Source: a virus
Reading direction: 5' to 3' (one strand)
Virus record (IMG/VR): IMGVR_UViG_3300028043_000001
Coordinates: 1-64,000 of that record
Length of the DNA stretch: 64,000 bases
Positions within the stretch are counted from its first letter, which is position 1. Each line of letters opens with the position of its first letter. Of this stretch, positions 27,763 to 36,455 are shown piece after piece. Position numbers and translations under genes: made by a program. Below the pieces are notes generated by a model. It saw nothing but the letters and a program-made list of their open reading frames with translations, did not search any database and was not told the DNA's origin.

Positions 27763-28296
27763 ATGGGCAAGTTGTTTACGGTTATCTTTTCGTTTCTTTT
27801 ACTGGCAGGCTGCGCCACAAAGTTCGACGTTAAGGTGCTACCAACCGAGATCCTCGGGGTACCTGCCGCTTCTGTCCAAGAAGAAAGTAAGAATCCTTGG
27901 ACACACAACCGTTCTCAAACCACTCTCGTTGTCAAAGACAAGGAGGGCAACTTAAAGGTTCTGGCCTCCTCTCACCACGGCAACGATGGCGTGATGCAGA
28001 AGGGCACGGCTGGTTTCATGACCAATACTCCTATTGGAGTCGGTTTGGGAACTATGTATCTTGGTCGCGCTCCTGACACCACTTCTGTAAGCACCAATGT
28101 GCAAGGAACGTCTGGAGCAGTCACTGGCCCATCTATTTCTGGAGCTTTCACTGGGCCTTCTACCTCCATTTCTGGAGCTATCACTGGGCCTTCTACCTCC
28201 ATTTCTGGAGCCACGTCAACATCTGGCGCTGTTTCGGGTGCAGTATCCAGCTCTGCATCGACCAGTGGTAACTTTAGCCCCATTACGGGATTCTAA
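27763..28296 (+). CDS. lipoprotein with Ser/Thr/Gly-rich repeat tail
   Basis: lipobox LLAGC; TGPSTSISGA repeats. Confidence 0.7.
   Translation: MGKLFTVIFSFLLLAGCATKFDVKVLPTEILGVPAASVQEESKNPWTHNRSQTTLVVKDKEGNLKVLASSHHGNDGVMQKGTAGFMTNTPIGVGLGTMYLGRAPDTTSVSTNVQGTSGAVTGPSISGAFTGPSTSISGAITGPSTSISGATSTSGAVSGAVSSSASTSGNFSPITGF
28135..28211 (+). repeat. 33-bp in-frame tandem repeat (about 2.3 copies)
   Basis: atttctggagct(t/a)tcactgggccttctacctcc x2 plus atttctggagc. Confidence 0.9.
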
Positions 28297-28314
28297 AAAC
28301 TTCTAACTTTCATC

Positions 28315-28397
28315 GCGCTGAGGGCTTGGTGTCAAGCACTGGCGAATAGTTGGCAGGGCTGCAGAGAAGCGGTCCGCAGCGGCCAAGCCCAAAGCGC
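28315..28397 (+). ncRNA. candidate three-way-junction RNA in 5' UTR of beta-helix gene
   Basis: gcgct/agcgc, gggcttgg/ccaagccc closing; inner tgtcaa/ttggca and gctgc/gcagc. Confidence 0.35.
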
Positions 28398-28416
28398 ACA
28401 TAGAAAGGAGAAGCTC

Positions 28417-30975
28417 GTGTTTTTCTGGGTTTTAATTATCTCTCTGGCTTCCTTACTTCTCACGCCTATGGCAGGGTGGGGAAAAGATTGGTATATCCGC
28501 CCCTATGTAGATGGCGGCTATGGAGATAATTCCGGCACCTCATATGATAACGCCTTTGTCTTAGGGCCCAAGGCTGTGGTGGCAGTCGATCCGGACACAG
28601 ACGTTTTTAGTTTAATGCATATCAACGATAATTCACCTATTACATTTTCTTCAACTGGAACACTACCAACCCCACTAGTAGCGGGAACGGTTTATTATGC
28701 AATCATGACAACTGGAAGCACCTTCAAGGTTTCAGCTACCAAGGGGCCGGGGCCTAGTATTGACATAATTGATACTGGTACTGGCACTCTGACGTGCTCT
28801 GTGGGAATGAGGCGGGATGCTGGTGGGCCGACGATAGGGGATATCGTATATATCTGTGGCACGCATGGAGTTGATGATTCACAAGGTAACTACATCAGGA
28901 ATTTTCTAACCCTTTATCCCATCGATGGTGTAATCTTTGATGGGAACTACCCGGCTGACCCTGCAATTATTCATGGTACGCTCACCGTGTTAAAAAACTC
29001 ATCGAGTTGGGTGGACACCGGAGTTAATGGGGTATATAAGGCACTACTTATCTATAACGCAACAAGTTGGATTGTGGAAAACGGCACTCCTTTTACTACA
29101 ACAGCGCCAGTATGTGAAAAAGATCCTGACGCTACTGAACTTAACCTTTTCAAGCCAGGTTGGTGGTGTGGTAATGGAACTTGGATTTGGATAAAACCTC
29201 TCAATGGGCAGGCTCCAAGTAATAATAGCTACAGGTTAATGTGGAGCTATAAGAATGTTGATCTGACTGACTGTAGCAATGTCACAGTAAAGAATCTTAC
29301 TATTCATTTTGGCAGAGTTGTTCTTTCAAACACAAATAATTGTACCATAGATGGGCTAAAGATAGACTATTTTGGTGCTGAGGGAATCTCTGCTGTCAAT
29401 TCAAACAATAATTTAATTAAAAACTGCACCATAGAGCAGGGCGGCAACGGTATTTACTTTCATTATGATTATACTAATCGCCTTGACTGTAATAACAATA
29501 CAATAGATAATTGTACTATAAAATACATCGATCCCTCTAGAATGATTTGGGTTCCGGATAACCATGCTATTGGTATTCAAGGTGGGAGTGGCAATGTCGT
29601 CAAGAACTGTTACATTGACTGGGCGGCAACTGGCATCACGCTCTATACGGACACTTTTTATGGCAAGGCGCAAAGTATTGAAATGAGTGGCAATTTTGCA
29701 ATAAATATGTGGGTCGCGGGTTACCTCCGTGACATTGACTACATGACTAATACGAACCCATGTATTGTCTATCGTAAAGGCCATACTTTCACGAGTTTTG
29801 GAATTGATGGTACAGTGCAATTAAAGTTTCAGGATATCACTCAGTCTGGTTGGTCTGCTCTCAATGGCAATACCTACACTGCTACTGTCCTTGACAAGAA
29901 CCGCCTATCCATACCCGTAGATGCCTCTGGATGGCCGGCCTACGATCCTGACACAGACCCAGGCAAAAACATTTGTCCCAAGACCCCATCGATCTACGGG
30001 GTTGCCTATGATCACCACGGTGGCAATTGTGAGTATCCCGTAACCTTCAAAGCCTATAATAATATTGCCGTTAATTGCGATTATGCTGGCATTTGGCCGA
30101 CCACGGTAAAAAATGGAGAAGGTTCCTTTGAGATTTATAACAACATTGTTTACAACAGTAACGCTGGTATCCATATTGGAGGATCAAGTTTTTTTACTCC
30201 CCCTTGGAGAGTAAAGAACAACATTGTCATGAATCCAAGGGACAGTGGAACTGGAGCAGTGCCCCCGTGTTTTATCCATGCATATCTTCACCAGCCAAGT
30301 TCTGCTTGGGATGTTGAATGTGATAACAATAATTATTATTCAGACGATTACTTGGAAACTCCAATCTACTTTTATGAATATGGTAGTTTTCCTCACCTAA
30401 TTACACTTGCCGAATGGAAATCTAAGATATTCAAAAACGGCTTCGGCCCCGATAGTCGAAGCTTAAACAGTGATCCTAAGTTTGTTAATTATAGTGGTAC
30501 CTTTAAAAAGGCTAATGATTTTATAGCCGATCTTTCTTCACCTATCATCCACGCCGGAGTTGATGTGGGTTTGACCAAGGATTTTTTGGGCAACCCAGTT
30601 TATCTCCCTCCCGATATTGGATGTTACAATAATGTCTTAGCAACAAACACAACTACGAAGGCAACTGCAAAGGACATCACTTGGAAGACTGAGGGTGGTA
30701 AAAGGGGTAATTCCCATCTGTTGGTCACTGTTTGGGTAGCAAATACCCTGGGAGGCGTGTTGTCTGGTGCCAACGTTACACTGGAACTCACTTGTCCTAA
30801 TGGGAAGAAGAAGATTTACACCGGCACTACCGGCTCCACTGGCACCGTAACTTTCAAGTATTCTAATGCTCCTAATGGCACTTACAAGGCCACCGTCATA
30901 AAAATCGATGCTTCGGCTTTGGGGCTTGAATGGGACGGAGTAATGTATTCAGAAACCGCGACTAAACCTATGTGA
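28417..30975 (+). CDS. secreted right-handed beta-helix (pectin-lyase-like) protein with inserted modules and C-terminal Ig-like domain
   Basis: signal peptide; Asn-ladder repeats (NVTVKNLTI, NNLIKNCTI, NVVKNCYI, IYNNIVYN); SPIIHAG..DFLGN..PDIGCY; VTVWV..GANVT..TGSTGTVTF. Confidence 0.8.
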   Translation: MFFWVLIISLASLLLTPMAGWGKDWYIRPYVDGGYGDNSGTSYDNAFVLGPKAVVAVDPDTDVFSLMHINDNSPITFSSTGTLPTPLVAGTVYYAIMTTGSTFKVSATKGPGPSIDIIDTGTGTLTCSVGMRRDAGGPTIGDIVYICGTHGVDDSQGNYIRNFLTLYPIDGVIFDGNYPADPAIIHGTLTVLKNSSSWVDTGVNGVYKALLIYNATSWIVENGTPFTTTAPVCEKDPDATELNLFKPGWWCGNGTWIWIKPLNGQAPSNNSYRLMWSYKNVDLTDCSNVTVKNLTIHFGRVVLSNTNNCTIDGLKIDYFGAEGISAVNSNNNLIKNCTIEQGGNGIYFHYDYTNRLDCNNNTIDNCTIKYIDPSRMIWVPDNHAIGIQGGSGNVVKNCYIDWAATGITLYTDTFYGKAQSIEMSGNFAINMWVAGYLRDIDYMTNTNPCIVYRKGHTFTSFGIDGTVQLKFQDITQSGWSALNGNTYTATVLDKNRLSIPVDASGWPAYDPDTDPGKNICPKTPSIYGVAYDHHGGNCEYPVTFKAYNNIAVNCDYAGIWPTTVKNGEGSFEIYNNIVYNSNAGIHIGGSSFFTPPWRVKNNIVMNPRDSGTGAVPPCFIHAYLHQPSSAWDVECDNNNYYSDDYLETPIYFYEYGSFPHLITLAEWKSKIFKNGFGPDSRSLNSDPKFVNYSGTFKKANDFIADLSSPIIHAGVDVGLTKDFLGNPVYLPPDIGCYNNVLATNTTTKATAKDITWKTEGGKRGNSHLLVTVWVANTLGGVLSGANVTLELTCPNGKKKIYTGTTGSTGTVTFKYSNAPNGTYKATVIKIDASALGLEWDGVMYSETATKPM

Positions 30976-31279
30976 GTAGGGCAACTGTAAAGCAGTCCAC
31001 TTTGCTAAAGAATTGGAGGATTTTGATGGAAGTCCTACTTATCATCGCGTGTGTAGTACTGGTAGTAATACTGTTCATCGCATACCAATTTTCAGAGTAG
31101 ACATTTGGTCTCTACCTGTTCAAAGAGAAGCCTTTCTTTCCCGCAGCTATGATTTCACCCGCTGGTGACCCTTGGCGAGGATGAGATGGAAAAAGATTAT
31201 GGAATCAGTAAAATAGCCCGTGAATTAGGCGTGCCCCGCCGACAGGTGCATCAAAAAGTAAAGGTGTGTCAAAATCCCT

Positions 31280-31468
31280 ATGTTAACTTTAAAACGTAGA
31301 GGCCGTAAAAGCAAGGAACCATCAGTAGAAATAGTCGAAATGAAAGTTCTCGCATGGATATGCCCTGTTTGCAATACGTCCCGCCTTCTTCGCAAGAAAC
31401 CAACACGCAGATTATATCGGTGTAATCGGTGTGAAAAATGCTATAGGTTAAAAATACCTGGGCCTTGA
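31280..31468 (+). CDS. small basic zinc-ribbon protein
   Basis: CPVC..CNRC. Confidence 0.5.
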   Translation: MLTLKRRGRKSKEPSVEIVEMKVLAWICPVCNTSRLLRKKPTRRLYRCNRCEKCYRLKIPGP

Positions 31469-31710
31469 AGGAGGAAAAGATGATGAGTGACCCATATTCT
31501 GCTTTAAAGAAACATTACGATGAAACGTGGGAAAAAAATTTTCGATTACATGAAGAAATCCGGCGCCTCCGGGTGTTGCTTGGGGAGTGCTGGGAATGGT
31601 TAGAGTATGTTGCTCATGGCAATAACAGATGGCCAAGACGGGAGGGTGCACCCAGCGGTTTTGAGTTATTAACTAAACTTCAAGAGTTCAAGCCAGAGGA
31701 GGAGCCATGA
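31465..31710 (+). CDS. hypothetical protein (shares C-terminal module with 31932 gene)
   Basis: LLGECWE..QEFKPEEEP. Confidence 0.6.
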   Translation: MKEEKMMSDPYSALKKHYDETWEKNFRLHEEIRRLRVLLGECWEWLEYVAHGNNRWPRREGAPSGFELLTKLQEFKPEEEP

Positions 31711-31892
31711 CCGACAAACAACAAAAGGCACTTGCCTTTGGAATTTTTATGACCCTTTCTGGGCTGCAAAAACTTGTAAATACAAGGTCAACTTGCGATC
31801 ATCTTCCTGAAATAAGAGCTTGGAGAGAAGTAGCAGACGAAGCCAAAATGGGCCTTTTCACTAACTTTGGCCCTTGGAAGGAAAAGCCATGA
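31707..31892 (+). CDS. hypothetical protein
   Basis: ATGA-coupled ORF after ggagg. Confidence 0.55.
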   Translation: MTDKQQKALAFGIFMTLSGLQKLVNTRSTCDHLPEIRAWREVADEAKMGLFTNFGPWKEKP

Positions 31893-31931
31893 CCAACGCC
31901 GAGCTTGATGCAAAAAAGGAGGTGATGCCAA

Positions 31932-32264
31932 GTGAGAAGTCTTGACGACTTATCCCATTCTGGGCAGCCAGGGAAGCACGAAGAGGAGGGCGGGGGCTGT
32001 CCTTTCTGTGGGGCTGAAGATGGGGGTCTGTTGAATTTCGGCTGCGGCACTTATGCTATTACCATTCCTCTTTACGATAAGGAGTGTGAGTGGATACGGC
32101 ATGAAGATTGCTACTTGCGCCAAATCGCCCAACTCCAAGGATTGCTTGGGGAGTGCTGGGAATTTTTCTATGCGTATGAAAACAATCTGCCAATTCCATT
32201 CAATACATGGCCGAGTGAAATGCTAAAGAAAATCCAAGAGTTCAAGCCAAAGGAGAAGCCATGA
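31932..32264 (+). CDS. mosaic zinc-binding protein
   Basis: GGCPFCGA..FGCGT..EDCYLRQIAQ plus LLGECWE..QEFKPKEKP. Confidence 0.6.
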   Translation: MRSLDDLSHSGQPGKHEEEGGGCPFCGAEDGGLLNFGCGTYAITIPLYDKECEWIRHEDCYLRQIAQLQGLLGECWEFFYAYENNLPIPFNTWPSEMLKKIQEFKPKEKP

Positions 32265-32635
32265 TCGACGGCAACCTTAACCACAAGATGGCCGAGATTA
32301 TGGGATGGGAAATCAGAATAAGGGACTATCCACGTCCCGGTCATAATTGGTTATACGATGCTGAGGGAAACGAAGTAATGGCTCTTTATGAGTGGCACCC
32401 CTCCACCTACATCGCCCAAGCTATGATGGTGGTGGATAGGCTTATTGATAGATATGAAATGTATGTCACTCTAGTTAGTCACTGGGAAGGCTGTCGCTGG
32501 ACTTGCTTCATATTCCCAGATCCTTATTCCGAGGAAGGAAAGGTTAAAGGCAAGAATAAGACTCTTGAAAGAGCTATTTGCCTCGCCGCAGCCGAGGTGT
32601 GGGAGAAGATGAAAGGAGGAGTACCTAGTGAGTAA
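32261..32635 (+). CDS. phage ABA-sandwich domain protein
   Basis: LNHKMAEIMGW..WHPSTYIAQAMMVVDRL..W.C..TLERAICLAA. Confidence 0.7.
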   Translation: MIDGNLNHKMAEIMGWEIRIRDYPRPGHNWLYDAEGNEVMALYEWHPSTYIAQAMMVVDRLIDRYEMYVTLVSHWEGCRWTCFIFPDPYSEEGKVKGKNKTLERAICLAAAEVWEKMKGGVPSE

Positions 32636-33173
32636 AGACGACTTGGGATTGCTAAGGACAGACCCAATTTTAAATGAAATGGCAAAAACAACGAGGGAAG
32701 CATGGAAAGAGGTGGGTGGGAGCTGTCCTTTCTGTGGGGCACCCAAAAGAATTTATTCCGACCCATATGACTACCCCTCGGACTTTGATTGCGGAACAAT
32801 TTTAAATCTGCGTGGACAGACTAAGCGGGGGGAAGATTGCTATGAGCGACAGATTGCTCAGCAGGCTGAGCGAATCAAAAGCCTTGAAGAACGTCTCTCA
32901 CAGTATGAAGGTGAGGACTTTAACGTTGCCACCATTGATGAGCTTAGAGGTACAAGAATAAAACAATGGCGTGAAATAAAAAGCCTAAACGAAAAACTTG
33001 CTGTATGGCGCACCAGCCTTGAGCTAGTCAAGGCTCTTGCAGGTATAAGTGTAACCCACTTAGCGTGGGCAGGATGGCAGGAAAAGATAGCTGAATTTCT
33101 TGAGAACCTTAAAACCGTAGGGGAGGACATGAGCCATGGAACTAAACCCTCGAACAATTCTTACAGCGATTAA
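32628..33173 (+). CDS. zinc-binding plus coiled-coil protein
   Basis: GSCPFCGA..FDCGT..EDCYERQIAQ then heptad pattern. Confidence 0.6.
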   Translation: MSKDDLGLLRTDPILNEMAKTTREAWKEVGGSCPFCGAPKRIYSDPYDYPSDFDCGTILNLRGQTKRGEDCYERQIAQQAERIKSLEERLSQYEGEDFNVATIDELRGTRIKQWREIKSLNEKLAVWRTSLELVKALAGISVTHLAWAGWQEKIAEFLENLKTVGEDMSHGTKPSNNSYSD

Positions 33174-34236
33174 GGCCAATGAGGAACAAGTCACAACCCC
33201 TTCTATCATTAGCAACTTACGGCGTGTTGCTAAGTACTTAACTAATGAGTGCCAACTTAAACCCGACGTTGACATCGAAAGTCTTGCCTCACAGTGTAAG
33301 TCAGTAGTAAGCACCGTGAAGCGCTATATTAAGGTTTTTCGGGATGCATTCCTATACGTCACAGAACCTGAAACTCACACAAACCTCGTTGAGAAAGCCC
33401 GTAAAGGTTCTCAAACTGGTGCCGGGATTCTCAGTTTGCTGGGAAGAGACATCACCAGTTTAGAGAAATACGAATCCTTCCAGAGACAGCATCTGCGGCA
33501 ATTTTTACCTAAAGGTAGGGTTGGTAGGCCTCCCAAAGCGAAGCTTGAGGTTAAAAGGAGGGTACCTTTAGTTAAGGTAGCTCCCGTTAGAGAATGGAGA
33601 TCTCTCACTCAAATCGAGGATGAGAATCGAGAGCTGCGCGGCGAAGTCAAGACCCTCAACACAACTCGAAGAAATTTAATGGGAACTATTGAGGACCTCA
33701 AAAGACAGCTTAGCGCTGCACAGGGTAAGGCCTCCCACACACTGGATTTCGAGACTCTTATAAACTCGGGTATTCCTCAACCCCTCAAAGGTGCTGACCT
33801 CGCTGAGCAACTTTCAAGGTTCTTTTCTGAACTGAGCAAGTTTTCAGGACAGTCAGCAAGATGTGTAGAACTTGCAAACAGGCTCCGCGAGCTCAGCCAC
33901 CCAGAACCTGTAATTGATTTACCTTCTACGGCAGTTTGGCAGCAGAAGGGGTGGGCGACGATTGAGCTTTCTGAGGAGGCTATGCGGGAGTTCAAAGCTC
34001 TTAGCCCCACCCAAAAAGAGCTCCTAAGGAATGCCTTAAGGCACCTCTCTTTGGATATAAGACACCCATCGTTGCACACTAAAAAGCCCTACGCCCCAGT
34101 CAGTGGTATCCCTACTGAGGCCTACTACAGCAGAGCGTCAAGCAAAATTCGCTTCTATTGGACCGCTAAAGGAGCCGCAGGGATGTGGGAGGATGTGATT
34201 CTATCTATTCATCGAATCGAAGTGAAGCGAGGCTAA
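33136..34236 (+). CDS. multidomain protein with AT-hook-like motif, coiled coil and C-terminal RelE/ParE-like domain
   Basis: GRVGRPPK; IELSEEAMREFKALS..LRHLSLDIRHPSLHTKK..YYSRASSKIRFYW. Confidence 0.6.
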   Translation: MELNPRTILTAIKANEEQVTTPSIISNLRRVAKYLTNECQLKPDVDIESLASQCKSVVSTVKRYIKVFRDAFLYVTEPETHTNLVEKARKGSQTGAGILSLLGRDITSLEKYESFQRQHLRQFLPKGRVGRPPKAKLEVKRRVPLVKVAPVREWRSLTQIEDENRELRGEVKTLNTTRRNLMGTIEDLKRQLSAAQGKASHTLDFETLINSGIPQPLKGADLAEQLSRFFSELSKFSGQSARCVELANRLRELSHPEPVIDLPSTAVWQQKGWATIELSEEAMREFKALSPTQKELLRNALRHLSLDIRHPSLHTKKPYAPVSGIPTEAYYSRASSKIRFYWTAKGAAGMWEDVILSIHRIEVKRG

Positions 34237-34638
34237 ATGTACAAAAAAATTACAGTCTATGCCCGCCTTGAGGAGTTAAGGAGTTATCGACTCACTAGAG
34301 GAGGTGACCACGCTTTTAGAGTGCTCTTTTGTAATACGGATCACTTTAGGTGTCCCTCGTGTAATACCCTCATCGCTTTGAGGGTGTCATATAAACCTAA
34401 CGCAGGTTTTCGGTCATCAGTATGTGCAGAGTGTGGTTCTCGTTATTGCCTACAATTCCTCGAGGACTCGTGCGGCTTATGCCGCCACCGCACTGTCGAT
34501 TGCCTACTTAAAGTTCAGGTCAAATTGGAATTAGTGCACTCCCACTCTCGTCATGAAGGCTTGTATCTCATCTCTCGTGGATTGTGGCCCCTTTCGCGTA
34601 TACAAGAGGAGATCGAAAGAATGAGACAGAGAATTTAA
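34237..34638 (+). CDS. Cys-rich zinc-finger protein (CxxCxxRxDC family variant)
   Basis: CPSC..CAEC..EDSCGLCRHRTVDCLL. Confidence 0.65.
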   Translation: MYKKITVYARLEELRSYRLTRGGDHAFRVLFCNTDHFRCPSCNTLIALRVSYKPNAGFRSSVCAECGSRYCLQFLEDSCGLCRHRTVDCLLKVQVKLELVHSHSRHEGLYLISRGLWPLSRIQEEIERMRQRI

Positions 34639-34743
34639 GAATGAGGAGTCCGTTTTGGTTTGGCTCTGGAGAGTTTAATGTTAAGTTGATGGAACGCATT
34701 GTAGTATAAACCAAAAAAATTTTTACCCTTGTAGGGACCTCGA

Positions 34744-35016
34744 GTGGAAATTGATACGACAAATATTGTTTATTCGTTAGATGAAGTGTGTTTCATTTTT
34801 CGTATTGGCAAACGGAAGTTGAAAGAATTGATTCGTGAAGGTAAAATTAAAGCAATTTCATTTAGTAAAAGGCATTGGGTTATTCCACGCAGCGAAGTAG
34901 AACGCTGGTTAGGAAGTGATTTACGTTTCGTTGATTTGGCTGGACTTGGCAAGAAACCACCCAAACCTAAACAGAAACGAGATGTGGTAAGGTTTTTGAA
35001 AAGGCGAGTACAATGA
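34744..35016 (+). CDS. excisionase-like HTH_17 DNA-binding protein
   Basis: YSLDEVCFIFRIGKRKLKELIREGKIKAI..WVIPRSEVERWL. Confidence 0.8.
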   Translation: MEIDTTNIVYSLDEVCFIFRIGKRKLKELIREGKIKAISFSKRHWVIPRSEVERWLGSDLRFVDLAGLGKKPPKPKQKRDVVRFLKRRVQ

Positions 35017-36374
35017 GCAGAATTCACATTGAAAATATTTTTTGCCGTTTTGAGGGAACCCCACCGGAAGAGCTGTTAAAGCTTCTATCTTATGTAGACA
35101 AGCAACGCTCATTTCAGAATTACCACTTTACTGGTACTTACGCCCCAGCTGTCAAAACTCTGTTCTCGCGCAGAAGTAACTCCTTCCCCACCGGCCTTCT
35201 ACCTCTCGTACAAGACAAGTTTCCTGAGTGGGAGTACATTGACAAACGCGAGCAGGAAGAAATCGAATGGCTCCCTTATCCTGAGGAGTTATCTTACAAA
35301 AGTGGTCATCAGCTCGAAGCCGTACGTATTATGCAAGAAAAGAGAAGGGGTACGATTGATGGTGTCACTGCGATGGGGAAAACCTTCATTGAAGCTGGCT
35401 TCGCCGCAATTTTTCCTGCTAACACGCTTATCCTTTGTCATCGACGCGAGATCTTCAATACAATTGTCGATCGATGTCAAACCCTTTGTGGAGACGACAA
35501 CGTGGGAATTATCGCGAGTGGCAAGACTAAAATCGCTCGTGTGGTGGTGGGGATGGTTGGAAGTGTGGCATCTCGAATTCGCCAACTAACCAAGTACCTG
35601 AATAGCGTGGAAGCTATTCTTGTTGATGAAGCTCACCATATTAGTATGGGGTCACAATATGCGAAAATCTTGGCAAAATGTGGACGTGCAAGTTTTCGTT
35701 TTGGTCTTACCGGAACACCATACCGCGAGTCTGGCGATACTATTGCGATATTTGCTTTTACTGGGCCGGTTATCTACTCCTACCAGTATGAGGTCGCTCT
35801 TGCAGATGACGTTGTGGTGCCCATTGAAGTCTACGTAAGCCCAGTCAACTCTATAATCCGAGACATGCCATTACTAGAAAACTTTAGGCATGTTTATGAG
35901 AGTGGCATTGTTAGGAATGGGCAACGAAACGACATGATAGTCAAAATCGCACGGAGGCTTTACGAAAAAGGTGAAAACGTGCTTATCCTTGTGTGGCGTA
36001 AAGTCCATGGCAGAATCATTAGTAAAATGCTCGAAGACGTCCCTCATTGTTATCTTCATGGGGATTCAAGAGATAGGGATATCGAGCGATCCCGCTTTGA
36101 GAACGGCGATAATTCTGTTCTTATCGCTTCCTCTATTTATGACGAAGGTACTGATATCACCAACGTCAGGAATATCATTGTAGCTTCGGCATTCAAGTCC
36201 TTACGCATTACTGCACAGCGCGTCGGCAGAGGCATGCGTCCGCATGAGGGGAAGGCAGTGTGCCGGGTTTTTGATTTCATGGACTTATCCCATGATACTT
36301 TACTCAAGCATTCAAGAAAACGTTTAGGTTACTATAAGAAAATGAAATTTACTATTAAGGAGCTTGTGATTTAG
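35013..36374 (+). CDS. superfamily 2 DEAH helicase (UvsW-like)
   Basis: TAMGKT, DEAHH, LTGTP, DEGTDI, QRVGRGMR. Confidence 0.9.
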   Translation: MSRIHIENIFCRFEGTPPEELLKLLSYVDKQRSFQNYHFTGTYAPAVKTLFSRRSNSFPTGLLPLVQDKFPEWEYIDKREQEEIEWLPYPEELSYKSGHQLEAVRIMQEKRRGTIDGVTAMGKTFIEAGFAAIFPANTLILCHRREIFNTIVDRCQTLCGDDNVGIIASGKTKIARVVVGMVGSVASRIRQLTKYLNSVEAILVDEAHHISMGSQYAKILAKCGRASFRFGLTGTPYRESGDTIAIFAFTGPVIYSYQYEVALADDVVVPIEVYVSPVNSIIRDMPLLENFRHVYESGIVRNGQRNDMIVKIARRLYEKGENVLILVWRKVHGRIISKMLEDVPHCYLHGDSRDRDIERSRFENGDNSVLIASSIYDEGTDITNVRNIIVASAFKSLRITAQRVGRGMRPHEGKAVCRVFDFMDLSHDTLLKHSRKRLGYYKKMKFTIKELVI

Positions 36375-36455
36375 TAGTTGTCAAGTCCCTAAACCTTTAA
36401 AAAACACATACAACTGTGATTGTAATTCAAATAATCTGTCAACTTTAGAGGTAAT

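Noticed and set aside
28111-28230. 33-bp repeats as a possible CRISPR array
   Set aside because: Contiguous in-frame coding repeats without unique spacers; no cas genes
29730-29945. Insert in the beta-helix protein resembling the 'E1 FCCH' module (TNTNPCIV..H..LNGNTYTATVLD..DASGWPAY)
   Set aside because: Despite the name, this small beta module is common in phage surface proteins; there is no reason to link it to the Ubl operon
34744-35016. Excisionase suggesting a prophage boundary
   Set aside because: No integrase or att repeat in the window; HTH_17 proteins are common stand-alone regulators
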